The notes under the pieces: model-generated
Database searches by the model: none
Told to the model about the DNA's origin: nothing
What the model saw: only the letters and a program-made list of their open reading frames with translations
Part shown: in pieces, positions 1 through 10,914 of the stretch
Layout of the letters: each line of letters starts with the position of its first letter
Position numbering within the stretch: the stretch's first letter is position 1
Translations under genes and position numbers: made by a program
Source of the DNA: a virus
Strand: one strand, 5' to 3'
Length of the DNA stretch: 64,000 nt
Virus record (IMG/VR): IMGVR_UViG_3300025326_000018
Span: 14,645 to 78,644 of that record

Positions 1-1917
1 GAGGCGATGACCCTCATGGCCAAGGCCGGAATGTCTGCCGGTCAGGTCTACGGTGGTGTTGCGAGTACGCTACAACTTGCAGCCGTTGAGGGTCTCGATC
101 TGGCCACGTCTACTGAAGCCGTTGTCAACATCATGACTGGCATGGGTCTGTCAGTCAAAGACCTCGACCGTGCGGTTAACGTCCTAACCAAAACCAGTAT
201 AGATTCTACTACTGGTGTTACCGAACTTGCGTATGCCTTTAAGTACGCATCGGGGATCTCCGAGACAGCAGGTGTTAGTCTCGAAGAAGTAGCCGCTGCC
301 ATGGGCTTGATGGCGCAAGCGGGTACCAAAGGCTCAACCGCAGGTACAGCCCTCCGCGGTATCATCACACGACTTGTTGGCCCCACAGAGGAAGCCCGCA
401 AGGTGATGAAGGCTTGGGGCATCTCGGTAGTTGATGCCTCAGGGAAGTTTAAGCCTCTTAGCGATGTTATTCGACAGTTCGAACCGATGGCCAAGGCGGG
501 AGCACGCGGCTTAGAGGATATGTTCACTGTCTTCGGCGCTCGACCTTTCCAGGGCATTGCAGCTCTTACGAAAGCGGGCGCGGACGAGTTCGACAAGTTT
601 ACAAAGAACTTGCAGAATACAGGTGATGTCGCCAAACGCGTCTCTGAGATTCAGATGGAGGGTCTCAAAGGCGCGATGCTGCAATTAGGTACAGCGGCAT
701 CCGGACTAGCGGTGGCTATCGGTGAAAGCGGCCTTGGTAAGGCTTTCGAGTATCTCGCTGATAAGGCTACTTCCGCACTCAATGCAATGACTGCCGCTCT
801 AAAGGGCATGGCCCCCCTTCAAGAGCAGTCAGCCGCGGTTCTTCGAAATACATTATCTTCGCAGCAAGCCGAACTCGATCAGGTTGATCGCGCCATTGAG
901 CGTTTGCGGACCAATCGAGCAGGTGCGGGTCAGATCGCAGCTCTTGAAGCCGGTCGCAAGAAGATGGTCGAGAATATGACGACCACGCATGAATTTCTCA
1001 TGCAGCAACAGCAGGTACAAACTGCTCTCAAGGCTCCGGCAGCAAAAGTAAAAGAGCAGCTTGACGATGTTACACCTCCCGCCGCTGTAGATGTTGAAGG
1101 TGGCCTAGCGAAGCGTAAGGCAGCGCAAGAAGCTCTCCAGCGGTTGGAATCTGAATACCTCGAGAGCACTAAACAGAATAAACGTCTTATCGAGGTTGAG
1201 CAAGAACGCGAGCTTGCCAAGTTTAAAGAGCTTCTCGAAAAGAAGTTGATTTCTCAGACGGAGTACGAGAACGCTGTCCGGCAACTGGGTGAAGTCACTC
1301 AGAAGAAGATGGAGGAGCTCCGCCAGAAGGACTTGAAGTTCATTGAGGATATCACCGGAGCGATTTCGAGTGGGCTGGAGGGAGCCTTCCGCTCATTTAT
1401 CGAGACAGGTAAGGTCGACTTTAATGAGTTGACTCGTTCCATCCTCGCCGATATCGCTGTTATCGCTCTCCGCATGGCTGTGCTGCAACCGTTGTTTGGT
1501 GGGGGTGCGGGCGGTGGTGGTGGTGGAGCCATTGGAAGTATGATCGCCTCGTTGTTTCATACGGGTGGTGTCGCCGGTAGCGGTAGTGGTGTGAAGCGTG
1601 AAATGCCGATGGCTGCATTCTTTGGTGCTCCCCGGATGCACAAAGGTGGTCAGATCCTCGGCGCGAATGAGGTGCCTGCGATTCTCAATCGGGGTGAACG
1701 AGTTGTTCCTGCTGGTGCAAATGATAACGGTAAGGTTACTGTTCAGATCATCAATAACTCAAGTGCGCAAGTTAAAGAAGACTCTACTCGGTCATCAGAC
1801 GGCGAAGAGATTCGCAGGTTCGTTATCGAAGAGACGAATAAAGGTATGACCCGTGGAGCCTTCGATGGTTCCATGCGCGGTCGGTACGGTAATCAGGTTG
1901 TTGGTACTCGCCGGTAG
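1..1917 (+). CDS. Tail tape measure protein (TP901-like), 5'-truncated by the window edge
   Basis: Ala/Gly-rich helical repeats (GTKGSTAGTALR), coiled-coil middle and typical C-terminus (HKGG..EVPAILNRGERV); lies upstream of tail-tip genes; frame is open to base 1. Confidence 0.92.
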   Translation, partial: EAMTLMAKAGMSAGQVYGGVASTLQLAAVEGLDLATSTEAVVNIMTGMGLSVKDLDRAVNVLTKTSIDSTTGVTELAYAFKYASGISETAGVSLEEVAAAMGLMAQAGTKGSTAGTALRGIITRLVGPTEEARKVMKAWGISVVDASGKFKPLSDVIRQFEPMAKAGARGLEDMFTVFGARPFQGIAALTKAGADEFDKFTKNLQNTGDVAKRVSEIQMEGLKGAMLQLGTAASGLAVAIGESGLGKAFEYLADKATSALNAMTAALKGMAPLQEQSAAVLRNTLSSQQAELDQVDRAIERLRTNRAGAGQIAALEAGRKKMVENMTTTHEFLMQQQQVQTALKAPAAKVKEQLDDVTPPAAVDVEGGLAKRKAAQEALQRLESEYLESTKQNKRLIEVEQERELAKFKELLEKKLISQTEYENAVRQLGEVTQKKMEELRQKDLKFIEDITGAISSGLEGAFRSFIETGKVDFNELTRSILADIAVIALRMAVLQPLFGGGAGGGGGGAIGSMIASLFHTGGVAGSGSGVKREMPMAAFFGAPRMHKGGQILGANEVPAILNRGERVVPAGANDNGKVTVQIINNSSAQVKEDSTRSSDGEEIRRFVIEETNKGMTRGAFDGSMRGRYGNQVVGTRR

Positions 1918-1927
1918 GGAGTAGGGC

Positions 1928-4225
1928 ATGGCTTACAAAACTAAATTTGGCGGGTACCAAGCGGACAGTGACTTGTCCGCTTCTGACTGGACGAAGCGCT
2001 GGAATACAGCAGCCACCGCCACCGTTCTTGGTATTGGATATGAGTTTATCTCTTCAGCCGTTAGTCCAGTACAATCTCGAGAAAACACGTTCTCGGCGGT
2101 AATCCCAGCATCGGGAACGTATATTATTGCGTTGGAGGGTCGGTCTGTTGATGCTCCAGGTGTGCAGGGAGTATCGATTGATGGTCAACTCGGTCAGGAA
2201 CTTTTCGAAGTAACTAATGGTAGTACTTTCCTAGCTTTCTGGTTGGTGGATCCTACTAGTTTCTCCGCAGGTGATATCAATGTACTTTTGAATTCTACTC
2301 ACAACGGTTTTACTATTTCTGTATGGCAGGTATTCGGTAATGTAACAACATATGGAGATAGCGCTCAAGGATTGACGAGTGGCGCCACTGACTCTTTAGC
2401 TCTTAGCATTCGAAACGTTATTCTTGGTGTAGCGCGTAGTGGTGGATCTGTTGTTGTGGGGAATAGTGGCACCACTAAAGTGATGCTTCACATGGACGGC
2501 GCGGATGCTTCTACAACATTTACGGATGTAAATGCTGGGGGTTCTGCAAAGACTTGGACCGCTGCTGGAAACGCGCAGATTGATACAGCGCAGTCAAAGT
2601 TCGGCGGTGCATCGGCGTTGTTTGATGGCACGGGGGATTACGTTTCGACGTCTGACCATGCGGACTTAGAAGTAGGAACATCAGATTTTACCATTGATTG
2701 TTGGTTTTTCGCCAATCACAGCGGCAGCGGTTCCTTGCATGGCATCTGTGGTAAGGCGACCGATTTTTCAGCGGCCACTCACAGCTACGCGTTGATGATT
2801 AACGCAAGCAACAATTTAGAACTTTCTATATCAAATGGAACCACACGATCAACTATGGCGGGGACAACTCAGTTTAACGACTCAACAAACGTTGGTTGGC
2901 ACCATGTCGCTGCTGTCCGTTCGGGGAGTACGACATTGCTGTTCGTTGACGGCGTCTTGGAAAACAGTCAGACATTTTCAGGAGCAGTTCCAGACCTAGC
3001 GGAAGCATTGGTCGTTGGATCAAATTTCGAATCAAGTGATTTTTTTAACGGCTGGATCGATGAATTCCGCCTGTCGGTCGGCACTGCCAAATGGACCTCG
3101 AATTTCACACCACCAACATCCGAGTACGTAATAAACTCTGGTGCTGGTGCCGTTTCTGATATTCATTTTTGGGCTAATTTAACAGAGAGACTCGATCAGT
3201 TTCTCTCAGGTGCGGCGTACTGGTCGGCTGCTGATCAATTAATTACTACTGATGCTACGTCTCGTGAATTAGTAGTTGAAGCTACTGAGAATCCTACCAC
3301 ACTAACTTGGGCTGCTCTTGCTTTCTATACACCTGCTCCATACTTCCCTTCCGGTCAGGGTGTGCGGTTCGAAAAACAGTCGACGGGCGGTCGCACGTTC
3401 TGGTCTTGGGACACTATTCCACAAATTGCGGATGTAGACGTACTCGCTTTGGTGCGACCTACTGCGCAATCAGGAGCCTTTAACATGGGTGTGTCTGCTC
3501 GCTCGAGTGGCGCCATAGCCTTAGAAACTAACTATTCATTAGCATTGCTACAAAGCGCGCCGGGAGCCCAAGACCTCTTTGAAATGACTCGTCGTGTTGC
3601 TGGTGTACCCACGTCGCTCGGATCAGTTGCATTTAGTTGGAGTTTGAATACTAATTATTGGCTGCGGTTTAGATTGCGCGGCACAACCCTTCAAGGTCGA
3701 GTATGGGCGGACGGGCAAACCGAACCAACCGCGTGGCACCTTGAAACTACTGATTCGGCGAACGCATCGGGATACGTTGGCATCTACTACACAGAGCTTA
3801 GCTCGATCTTGGAAGTCGGGCATTTTGAAGCTCGTGAACTCTTTGCTGAGTGGCCCACGGATACAATTCCGAACAACTGGACTGTCGGTATACAGGGCGG
3901 TCCGCAGCTCAACAAGATTTCCTTTAATCCTGATGTCGGACCTTCGATTGATAGACGTCGCGCAAGCGCTATCGCGAGAAAGTACCAAGTCGACTGCCCT
4001 GGCTTGACTCAAACAGAATACCTCGCCTTTGTAGAGTTCTATCACACAACACTAAAGGAAGGTACGCTTCCGTTTACGGCGATGGATCCGTTCACTGGCG
4101 TGGAGAAGACGTTTAAGTTCGGTTCCGAAGATCCGGCGTATACCGAATCTATTCAAAGGTCTCCCGGACCTGACTACACTAATGGAATCTATCAAGTAGC
4201 ATTCAATGTGGTGAGGTTGGATTAG
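1928..4225 (+). CDS. Distal-tail-like protein with LamG/concanavalin-A-like lectin domains
   Basis: LamG-like segment (DFTIDCWF..WHHVAAVR..FNGWIDEFR); C-terminal Dit-like segment (GPSIDRRR..FYHTTLKEGTLPF); follows TMP. Confidence 0.75.
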   Translation: MAYKTKFGGYQADSDLSASDWTKRWNTAATATVLGIGYEFISSAVSPVQSRENTFSAVIPASGTYIIALEGRSVDAPGVQGVSIDGQLGQELFEVTNGSTFLAFWLVDPTSFSAGDINVLLNSTHNGFTISVWQVFGNVTTYGDSAQGLTSGATDSLALSIRNVILGVARSGGSVVVGNSGTTKVMLHMDGADASTTFTDVNAGGSAKTWTAAGNAQIDTAQSKFGGASALFDGTGDYVSTSDHADLEVGTSDFTIDCWFFANHSGSGSLHGICGKATDFSAATHSYALMINASNNLELSISNGTTRSTMAGTTQFNDSTNVGWHHVAAVRSGSTTLLFVDGVLENSQTFSGAVPDLAEALVVGSNFESSDFFNGWIDEFRLSVGTAKWTSNFTPPTSEYVINSGAGAVSDIHFWANLTERLDQFLSGAAYWSAADQLITTDATSRELVVEATENPTTLTWAALAFYTPAPYFPSGQGVRFEKQSTGGRTFWSWDTIPQIADVDVLALVRPTAQSGAFNMGVSARSSGAIALETNYSLALLQSAPGAQDLFEMTRRVAGVPTSLGSVAFSWSLNTNYWLRFRLRGTTLQGRVWADGQTEPTAWHLETTDSANASGYVGIYYTELSSILEVGHFEARELFAEWPTDTIPNNWTVGIQGGPQLNKISFNPDVGPSIDRRRASAIARKYQVDCPGLTQTEYLAFVEFYHTTLKEGTLPFTAMDPFTGVEKTFKFGSEDPAYTESIQRSPGPDYTNGIYQVAFNVVRLD

Positions 4226-4744
4226 ATGCCGCGTTCAATTCCTCCCGAAGTTATCCGAGAACTCAATCGACAAGATTCACCTGAGTTTTACTTAGTGTTT
4301 CTCACGATAGCGCATCCGCAATTTGCTGATGCGATTCGTGTTGTTTCGGATCCGCGTAACTTCAGGTTGAACAATGAAACTCATATCGGATTTCAATTCG
4401 ATATTCGGCTTCTTACAGATAACGAGGCAGCACCGTTCTCGCAGTTGACTATTCAGAACGTTGATAAGCGGATTCCTGAGGGTATCCTATCCGCGAACTC
4501 ACCTGCGCGTATCCATATCGAGGTTTTTGCAGGTAGCGAATTTAATCTAGATGAGGAACCTGGTACTGAGAAGAATGGTCCAGGTTCCGCAATTCATACG
4601 TACGACGCTCCGCAGTTGTATCTTACTGAGGTTGAGGCTGATGCGATTCAGATTACAGGTCGCATCGTTTCTTGGGATTACACACAAGAAATCTGGCCAG
4701 GTATGATGGCTACCAAAAATAGGTTCCCTGGGTTATTCAGATGA
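4226..4744 (+). CDS. Minor tail protein (DUF1833-like)
   Basis: Size, synteny and motifs (FLTIAHP..IRVVSD..LTIQNVD) of the gene that precedes NlpC/P60 in tail-tip modules. Confidence 0.7.
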   Translation: MPRSIPPEVIRELNRQDSPEFYLVFLTIAHPQFADAIRVVSDPRNFRLNNETHIGFQFDIRLLTDNEAAPFSQLTIQNVDKRIPEGILSANSPARIHIEVFAGSEFNLDEEPGTEKNGPGSAIHTYDAPQLYLTEVEADAIQITGRIVSWDYTQEIWPGMMATKNRFPGLFR

Positions 4745-5160
4745 GTTGGATCAAGAAGTATGTAGGCATTCCCTTCGTCGATAAAGGTCGCGATCTTAAA
4801 GGTTGCGATTGCTGGGGACTCGTCAGGCTTGTATACAAGAATGAACTCAACACTGAACTCCCTACATACGGGGAAATCTCAGCAAAAGACCTTGCAGCTG
4901 TATCCCAAGCTGTTGGAGATAACCACATTCTTGAGCCTTGGTACGAAGTTCGCAAAGAAGATATTCGATCCTTTGATGTTGTTGTTATGCGATTTTACGG
5001 ATCTCGTCAAATAGGGCATGTCGGAGTAATTGTAGCTTCGGGGACGCACGTCCTTCATACTGAGAGAACGGTTGATTCTGTTTTAGTTCCTTTAGGACAC
5101 ATGACAGTACGCGCGCGAATCGTCAGCTTTCGTCGGCATCGAGATTCTGTAGTGAGGTAG
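4741..5160 (+). CDS. NlpC/P60 family tail-associated peptidase
   Basis: YVGIPF..GRD..GCDCWGLV catalytic Cys motif; HVGV His; VLH. Confidence 0.9.
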   Translation: MSWIKKYVGIPFVDKGRDLKGCDCWGLVRLVYKNELNTELPTYGEISAKDLAAVSQAVGDNHILEPWYEVRKEDIRSFDVVVMRFYGSRQIGHVGVIVASGTHVLHTERTVDSVLVPLGHMTVRARIVSFRRHRDSVVR

Positions 5161-5161
5161 C

Positions 5162-8100
5162 ATGGTACATACGCTATATCGTGATCCTTTTTCTTTAGGA
5201 TCTCCGCACATCTCAGAAGCCAGAGAGGGTATAACCCTCTTTGAGATTGTATGTACTAATCCTCATCTTCCTAAAAACTTTCTGGATCAAGGCTCGATAA
5301 CAATCAACGGCGAGCTTGTTCCGCAAGAATACTGGCCGAGGATGAAGCCCAAGCGTGGTACAGTTGTATCGATGCACGCCTACATTGGTGGTGGTGGAGA
5401 GGGTGGGGGTGGTAAAGCGATCTTTGGGTTGATTGCCGCTATCGCCTTAACTGTCATCACTGCTGGTATCGCTGCTGGCGCGTTAGCTCCTCTCCTGGGT
5501 TCAGCATTCGCCGCAGGTACGATTGGTGCCAGCGTTCTTTCCGGTGTTGTTGGTCTTGTTGGGTCGTTGGCTCTCAGTGCTCTAACATCACCGCCAACAG
5601 CGAAACCAGGAGCAGAGCAGGCAGCAGGAGGATTGCGTCTCGAGGCGGCGTCAGTTGAGGGCAACCTTCTTGAAGCGAATACACCTGTTGCTCGTGTGGT
5701 CGGTACGCGTAGAGTGTACCCCGCTTTTCTAACTGAACCGATTATCGAACGTATTGGTCAGAATGAATTTGTTGAAGCTCTGTGGGGACTTGCCGGACCG
5801 CATGATTTGTCAGATATCCGTTTAGGTGACGCTGCGATTGATTTGGATGATGATACAGCAAAAGATATTGAGGTTCAGGTACGTAACGGTTTACCGGGTG
5901 AGGTTGCAGTTACGCTAACCGAAAGGCAGGGACGTACTACTGAACCCAATCTAGAGTTGTCGGTCCACACCGTTGATCCTGAGAACCAGGATACATTGCA
6001 GGGAGAAGATCCGCTTCCCGTTTTTCATACAATCACTACTCGTATCGATCCCGATGAGGATTGGATTCATCTTAATCTGATTGGGTTATCGAGACAGAAT
6101 GCTACGGGATCGCTGCGTATTCCCTTCCGTATGCGTATGCGGCGTCGTGGTTCAGTAACCTGGCGAGATCTTCCTGAATTCCATTATCAAAACGATACCC
6201 AGAATCAGGTAAATCTGCAGATAAAGATTTACTGGGGAGATGCGCTCACTGAGACTCTTCCTCCCGTACCTTCTGCAATTGGCTTTGTCGAAGCACGCAA
6301 GCTTGTACCTGCGCAGAATGTTCAGCCGCTGGGCACAGACTTTAACTCTGACTCGTATTTCTCAGCTGGTGCAGGTAATGACAGACTTATTTCGGGAACG
6401 GAAACAACTACAAATCTAAGGAATGTGGTTTTATTTGCTGAGCACATAGATTTTTACCTTAGTTCCGCTAGCTGGCCGGCTGGAATTTATGATATTGAAA
6501 TCAAGCGTGGTGCTACTTTTATAGCAGCTAACTTTACATCAAGCACGTACACCCATAGCGGAAGTATTCTAGACTTCTTTGGTCGTCGTGATTCCGGAGA
6601 ACTTCCGCTAACACGAGAGGGATTACTCGATACCTTAACGCTAGTACGAATGGTCAATGTATGGAATGAATATCCGGTCATTCAATCCAGCATGACCTTG
6701 ATAGCGATCGTTGCTCGAAATCGTGCAGTTCAGAAATTATCAGCGTTGGCTTCGGGGTACGTCAAGGACCTTCCGCTTGGCCGTGGTATCTGGCTAGTAA
6801 GAACCTCTAGTGTTGTTCGCACAGCTCTTACGTTTGATGCTGCTGGGAGTATGACTGATCCGGAAGTGCTCGCTTTCGTTCGACCGTTTCCTGATCTCAG
6901 TACAGTTGATGTTGATATTCCTGGGGGTATTCTTCTTCGAGTTAGTGGTGCTGCGGGAACTGAACAGTGTTATCGTATCGGATTGCGCACAGCTCCAGCA
7001 GCGGGTACAACGACACTATTTGTCAGTAAGTTTGTTGCTGGTACTTTCACATTTTTATCATCAACACCATTTCCTGTACAGTCAGACAGAAATTATTTTA
7101 TTCGTGCGCAGATGCGCGGAACAACATTGAAGGCCAAAGCATGGCCAGCAACTCTCGCTGAACCAGATGATTGGATGATTACCCTTACTGATGCGAGTAT
7201 TACTACTGCAGGACGTGTCGGTCTTTTTACAAATCAAATAGCTCTTAGTACTCGTGTTAATTGGTTCTCAGCGAGTGATGGAGGTACAGCTCCTTTCCCA
7301 CCAGGACCAGCTCCGGTATCTACAGATTTTTCCGAGAATACCTTGAATGTCAACGCTGTCGGTTGGACGAACTTCTGGAGTACAGCAAACTTTACTTATG
7401 TCGTGGTTGCAGACGTGCGTTTCCCGTATAATGGCAGACAATCGAATTGGGATGAATTCAGAACATCAAGCAATCCCGCATCGCATTTTCGCGACATTCT
7501 TACGGGTGCGCAAAACTTTGATCCTCTGCCGGAAGAACTACTGGATGACGAGTCGCTAGTAGCATGGTGGAGACGATGCGCCGCCTCGGATTTTACTTGT
7601 GATATGGTGGTTGAAGGTCTTGAGGTTCCTGATCTACTTCGTGTTGTCTCTTCATGCGGGTACGGTAGGTTGTACCGATCGGAACTGTTTGGTGTAATTC
7701 AAGATTTTGATCGTAGTGCCGACACTCCAATTCAAATCTTCTCACCAAGGAACAGCTCTGGACTATCGTGGAAGAAGGCGTTTCCACGACTGCCGGCTGG
7801 GTTTCGGATCAACTTTCGATCTGAAGATTTGGATTACGGTAACGATCAAGTTGTCGTCTACAGAACTAATATGGAAGGATCGCAGAACCGGTTAGAGCAA
7901 GTTACCTACGATGGTCTTATTACAGAGGCAAATATTATTCGTAGGGCTAGTTTTGATCTACTACAAGCAGAGCGTCGAGCAGCATTCTACTCGTTAAATG
8001 CCCCTGTCGAATCGATTGTTTGTCGGCGCGGAGATTTAATTGGTGTAACTCACGATATACTACAATCGCATCACGGCTACGCGCGCGTCAGTGACGTAGT

Positions 8101-8533
8101 ATACGACGATGACGAAATAACCAGCATTATTCTTGATGCGCCAATCGATGTAGTTACGGAAGAAGACGTCCTTGCTACCTTTGACATGTTAGAAGTAGAT
8201 GATGTGTTGAATTTAGGTGTGCAGACTGGTATAGCCATCCGTCTTACGAATGGTTCGAATTCCACGCATGCAATATCTACACCTTCTGGTAACACAGATG
8301 AGTTGACGTTTACCACGCCGGTACCAATCAAGTATGGTGTATCATCTTCGTTCGATCGAAGTTTGATCCATACGATCGCTCCAGGATGTTTAGTTGTTGC
8401 CGGCGTCCTTGGTAGTGAATACAAACGACTAGTTGTGTCTGAAGTAGCTCCACAAGTCAATCTGGAAGCCCAGCTTGTATGTGTTGATGAGGCTTCGGAT
8501 ATCTTCACTTCGGTTTTTGGAGTTGTTGTCTAA
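5162..8533 (+). CDS. Tail tip hub / host-specificity protein J-like
   Basis: N-terminal ubiquitin-like tail-assembly segment, hydrophobic Gly/Ala helix, PVARVVGTRRVYP, SSNPA and CRRGDLIGVTHD motifs; 1123 aa. Confidence 0.85.
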   Translation: MVHTLYRDPFSLGSPHISEAREGITLFEIVCTNPHLPKNFLDQGSITINGELVPQEYWPRMKPKRGTVVSMHAYIGGGGEGGGGKAIFGLIAAIALTVITAGIAAGALAPLLGSAFAAGTIGASVLSGVVGLVGSLALSALTSPPTAKPGAEQAAGGLRLEAASVEGNLLEANTPVARVVGTRRVYPAFLTEPIIERIGQNEFVEALWGLAGPHDLSDIRLGDAAIDLDDDTAKDIEVQVRNGLPGEVAVTLTERQGRTTEPNLELSVHTVDPENQDTLQGEDPLPVFHTITTRIDPDEDWIHLNLIGLSRQNATGSLRIPFRMRMRRRGSVTWRDLPEFHYQNDTQNQVNLQIKIYWGDALTETLPPVPSAIGFVEARKLVPAQNVQPLGTDFNSDSYFSAGAGNDRLISGTETTTNLRNVVLFAEHIDFYLSSASWPAGIYDIEIKRGATFIAANFTSSTYTHSGSILDFFGRRDSGELPLTREGLLDTLTLVRMVNVWNEYPVIQSSMTLIAIVARNRAVQKLSALASGYVKDLPLGRGIWLVRTSSVVRTALTFDAAGSMTDPEVLAFVRPFPDLSTVDVDIPGGILLRVSGAAGTEQCYRIGLRTAPAAGTTTLFVSKFVAGTFTFLSSTPFPVQSDRNYFIRAQMRGTTLKAKAWPATLAEPDDWMITLTDASITTAGRVGLFTNQIALSTRVNWFSASDGGTAPFPPGPAPVSTDFSENTLNVNAVGWTNFWSTANFTYVVVADVRFPYNGRQSNWDEFRTSSNPASHFRDILTGAQNFDPLPEELLDDESLVAWWRRCAASDFTCDMVVEGLEVPDLLRVVSSCGYGRLYRSELFGVIQDFDRSADTPIQIFSPRNSSGLSWKKAFPRLPAGFRINFRSEDLDYGNDQVVVYRTNMEGSQNRLEQVTYDGLITEANIIRRASFDLLQAERRAAFYSLNAPVESIVCRRGDLIGVTHDILQSHHGYARVSDVVYDDDEITSIILDAPIDVVTEEDVLATFDMLEVDDVLNLGVQTGIAIRLTNGSNSTHAISTPSGNTDELTFTTPVPIKYGVSSSFDRSLIHTIAPGCLVVAGVLGSEYKRLVVSEVAPQVNLEAQLVCVDEASDIFTSVFGVVV

Positions 8534-9645
8534 TGGCTGATCGTACAACATTTACTTCTTCTAGTACTGCTCCTGTAACAGGAAAAGAGTTACTCGATAA
8601 TCTAGCTGAAAAGATAGATATCCTTTTCGATGCTATAGCTCTTATTCCTACGTCAATTACTAACAGCGGTAACGACTACACCATCGTTATTGATCCTACC
8701 CTTACGGCTGATGTTGTCAACAACATGCTGTTCTGGATCACTCCAAATGTCAATAATACAGGTGCAACACGGCTGCGAGTAACAGCGTCTAATCCGTATT
8801 ATGATTGGGTTCAGGTTAATGGTGATGCTTACGCTACTGGTGAGATTGAAGCTGGAACAACCTATGGTGTGTTGTTCATTGGCGGTGAGTTTAAAACTGT
8901 AACAATTCAATCTGATGCTGCTGCCGCTGCTACTGTTAACTACCAGGAATTTACAGCTTCAGGAACATGGACTAAACCTGAAGGTGTTTCCGTAGATTCT
9001 CTTGTATTCGCGCAATTGTGGGGCGGTGGTGGGGGCGGTGCTCTTAGTACTGCTCAAGGTGGTGGTGGTGGAGGCGGTGGCTACAACTACGGATTTTTCC
9101 AAGCGGCTGATTTAGCACTTACAGTAACGGTTACGGTTGGTGCTGGTGGTACCGCTACTGGGGGCGCTGGCGGGAATTCATCGTTCGGCTCACACTTCTC
9201 AGCCTTTGGCGGAGGATTTGGTGTTGGTAGCGGTACTACCAACGGCGCCGGTGGTGGTGGTGGTGGTCAGCTATCGGCGGGGGGAAATGCTGCTAGTGCT
9301 ACAGGTGGAGCTGGTGGTGATCCGTTCCCTGGTGTTGCTCCCGGTGGTGACGGGAATACCGGAGCTGGTAGCACTACGACTGGAGGTGACGGTCTATTTG
9401 GCGGTGGTGGTGGTGGCAATGCCTCCGGTGCCGGGGGCAATAGCTGGTACGGCGGAGGCGGTGGCGGTGGGGATCAGGATGCTACCGATCAAGCTGGAGG
9501 ACAGAGTGTCTTCGGGGGAGATGGCGGCGCAGGTCAATCTGTCGCAGGTGCTGGTTCTGCTCCTGGTGGTGGCGGCGGCGGTTCCAGCGGAACAAGCGCT
9601 GGTGCCGGCGGTCGCGGTGAGTGTCGTGTTTGGACAATAGGGTAA
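8533..9645 (+). CDS. Glycine-rich tail fibre protein
   Basis: FTASGTWTKP..WGGGGGG glycine-rich repeats typical of phage fibres. Confidence 0.8.
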   Translation: MADRTTFTSSSTAPVTGKELLDNLAEKIDILFDAIALIPTSITNSGNDYTIVIDPTLTADVVNNMLFWITPNVNNTGATRLRVTASNPYYDWVQVNGDAYATGEIEAGTTYGVLFIGGEFKTVTIQSDAAAAATVNYQEFTASGTWTKPEGVSVDSLVFAQLWGGGGGGALSTAQGGGGGGGGYNYGFFQAADLALTVTVTVGAGGTATGGAGGNSSFGSHFSAFGGGFGVGSGTTNGAGGGGGGQLSAGGNAASATGGAGGDPFPGVAPGGDGNTGAGSTTTGGDGLFGGGGGGNASGAGGNSWYGGGGGGGDQDATDQAGGQSVFGGDGGAGQSVAGAGSAPGGGGGGSSGTSAGAGGRGECRVWTIG

Positions 9646-9649
9646 TAAC

Positions 9650-10222
9650 ATGGGACCGATGTATAGACTCGCAGTAATTGCAAATGGTGTGATTGAGAAC
9701 GTCATTCTTGGTGACGAAGATTTCAGCCTCCCCGAGAAGGAACTCGTTCGTTTAGCCGAAGTTGACGATGATGGTCACGACGCCAAACGGCTTATCGAGG
9801 AATCGATAGCGTATCCAGGTATCGGGTGGGCGTATGACGGTTTAGCATTCACACATCCCAATAATTTCGAAAAACCGATAACTGAGTTGAAGAAACATCT
9901 AGCTCAGTACAGGTTTTCTGTTGAGCAGTCGGGTATCATTTGGGAAGGTGAAAGGATTGGCACCTCACGAGATGAGCAAAGGGTCTTTGGGGAAATCAGG
10001 ACGCGCGTAGGGCAATTCCCCGATGAGGAGATGAGCTACAAGACAACGTCGGGGAAATTCATAACTACAACCTTGGTACACCTTCTACCTCTCGCCGAAG
10101 TTGTATACGCGTATGTTCAGAAATGTTTCAAAGCAGAAGCGTATGTATCGAATATGATAGACGACGCTTCTGTCACAACTATCACGCAAGTAGAGGAGGC
10201 CTTCGACTCACAGATGGGATAG
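9650..10222 (+). CDS. Tail fibre assembly protein (DUF4376-like)
   Basis: Follows the fibre gene; YRFSVEQSGI..YVQKCFKAE pattern. Confidence 0.6.
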   Translation: MGPMYRLAVIANGVIENVILGDEDFSLPEKELVRLAEVDDDGHDAKRLIEESIAYPGIGWAYDGLAFTHPNNFEKPITELKKHLAQYRFSVEQSGIIWEGERIGTSRDEQRVFGEIRTRVGQFPDEEMSYKTTSGKFITTTLVHLLPLAEVVYAYVQKCFKAEAYVSNMIDDASVTTITQVEEAFDSQMG

Positions 10223-10379
10223 AAATGTAACTACTCGTTCTCGCACAAGCAAAGATAGAATACGACTCATAGAAAGGTAAAGACTAATGGCAAGACCATT
10301 AGGAGTCTGCGCTGATACAAATCAGTCCTGCTTGGTTAATCAACACCGCAACTCTGTAGATTGGCGAGAATAATCAGCC

Positions 10380-10658
10380 ATGGTAGATGATAGATCGACT
10401 GATCGTCTACTTGGGCAACTCATTGCTGAGGTTAAGTCATTACACGACCGCCTCGATCGCAATGATAAGCATGTGGAAGATATTCGCAACTCCGATCGTG
10501 AAGATATCAAGAAACTTAAGGAGGATGTAGAAACCCTCAAAGACTATATGCTCCGAGTCGAAGGGGGCAAACGGATGCTGTTTAGCATGTTGGCTATAGC
10601 GGCAACCCTGGGTGGTTTCGTGTGGGAGATTCTTTCACGGTACCTTCCCTTCAAGTAA
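10380..10658 (+). CDS. Small membrane protein, holin/antiholin-like
   Basis: Coiled coil (LGQLIAEVKSL) plus one C-terminal TM helix; located after the tail genes. Confidence 0.55.
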   Translation: MVDDRSTDRLLGQLIAEVKSLHDRLDRNDKHVEDIRNSDREDIKKLKEDVETLKDYMLRVEGGKRMLFSMLAIAATLGGFVWEILSRYLPFK

Positions 10659-10680
10659 GCAATACCCACAAATGGAGACT

Positions 10681-10914
10681 ATGATGAACGATACGAAACC
10701 CTGGTACGTCTCAACTACGGTTTGGGCCAGCCTTGTGCAGATCCTGGTAGGGCTGGCCGTCAGCCTTGGATTCGTTGATCAGGCCGCAGGTACAACGATC
10801 GCGGATCAGGCTCCCGGTCTCATTATTGCGATTGTGACATCGCTGTCGGGTGTGCTCACACTGTACGGCCGCGTCACTGCGACGAAGCAGATCACAGCCA
10901 CCAAACAAGCGTAG
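10681..10914 (+). CDS. Holin
   Basis: KPWYVSTTVWASLV and LYGRVTATKQI motifs; two TM helices; GGAG RBS. Confidence 0.7.
   Translation: MMNDTKPWYVSTTVWASLVQILVGLAVSLGFVDQAAGTTIADQAPGLIIAIVTSLSGVLTLYGRVTATKQITATKQA

Noticed and set aside
8533-9645. Diversity-generating retroelement target in the tail fibre
   Set aside because: No reverse transcriptase and no template/variable repeat pair were seen in the window.
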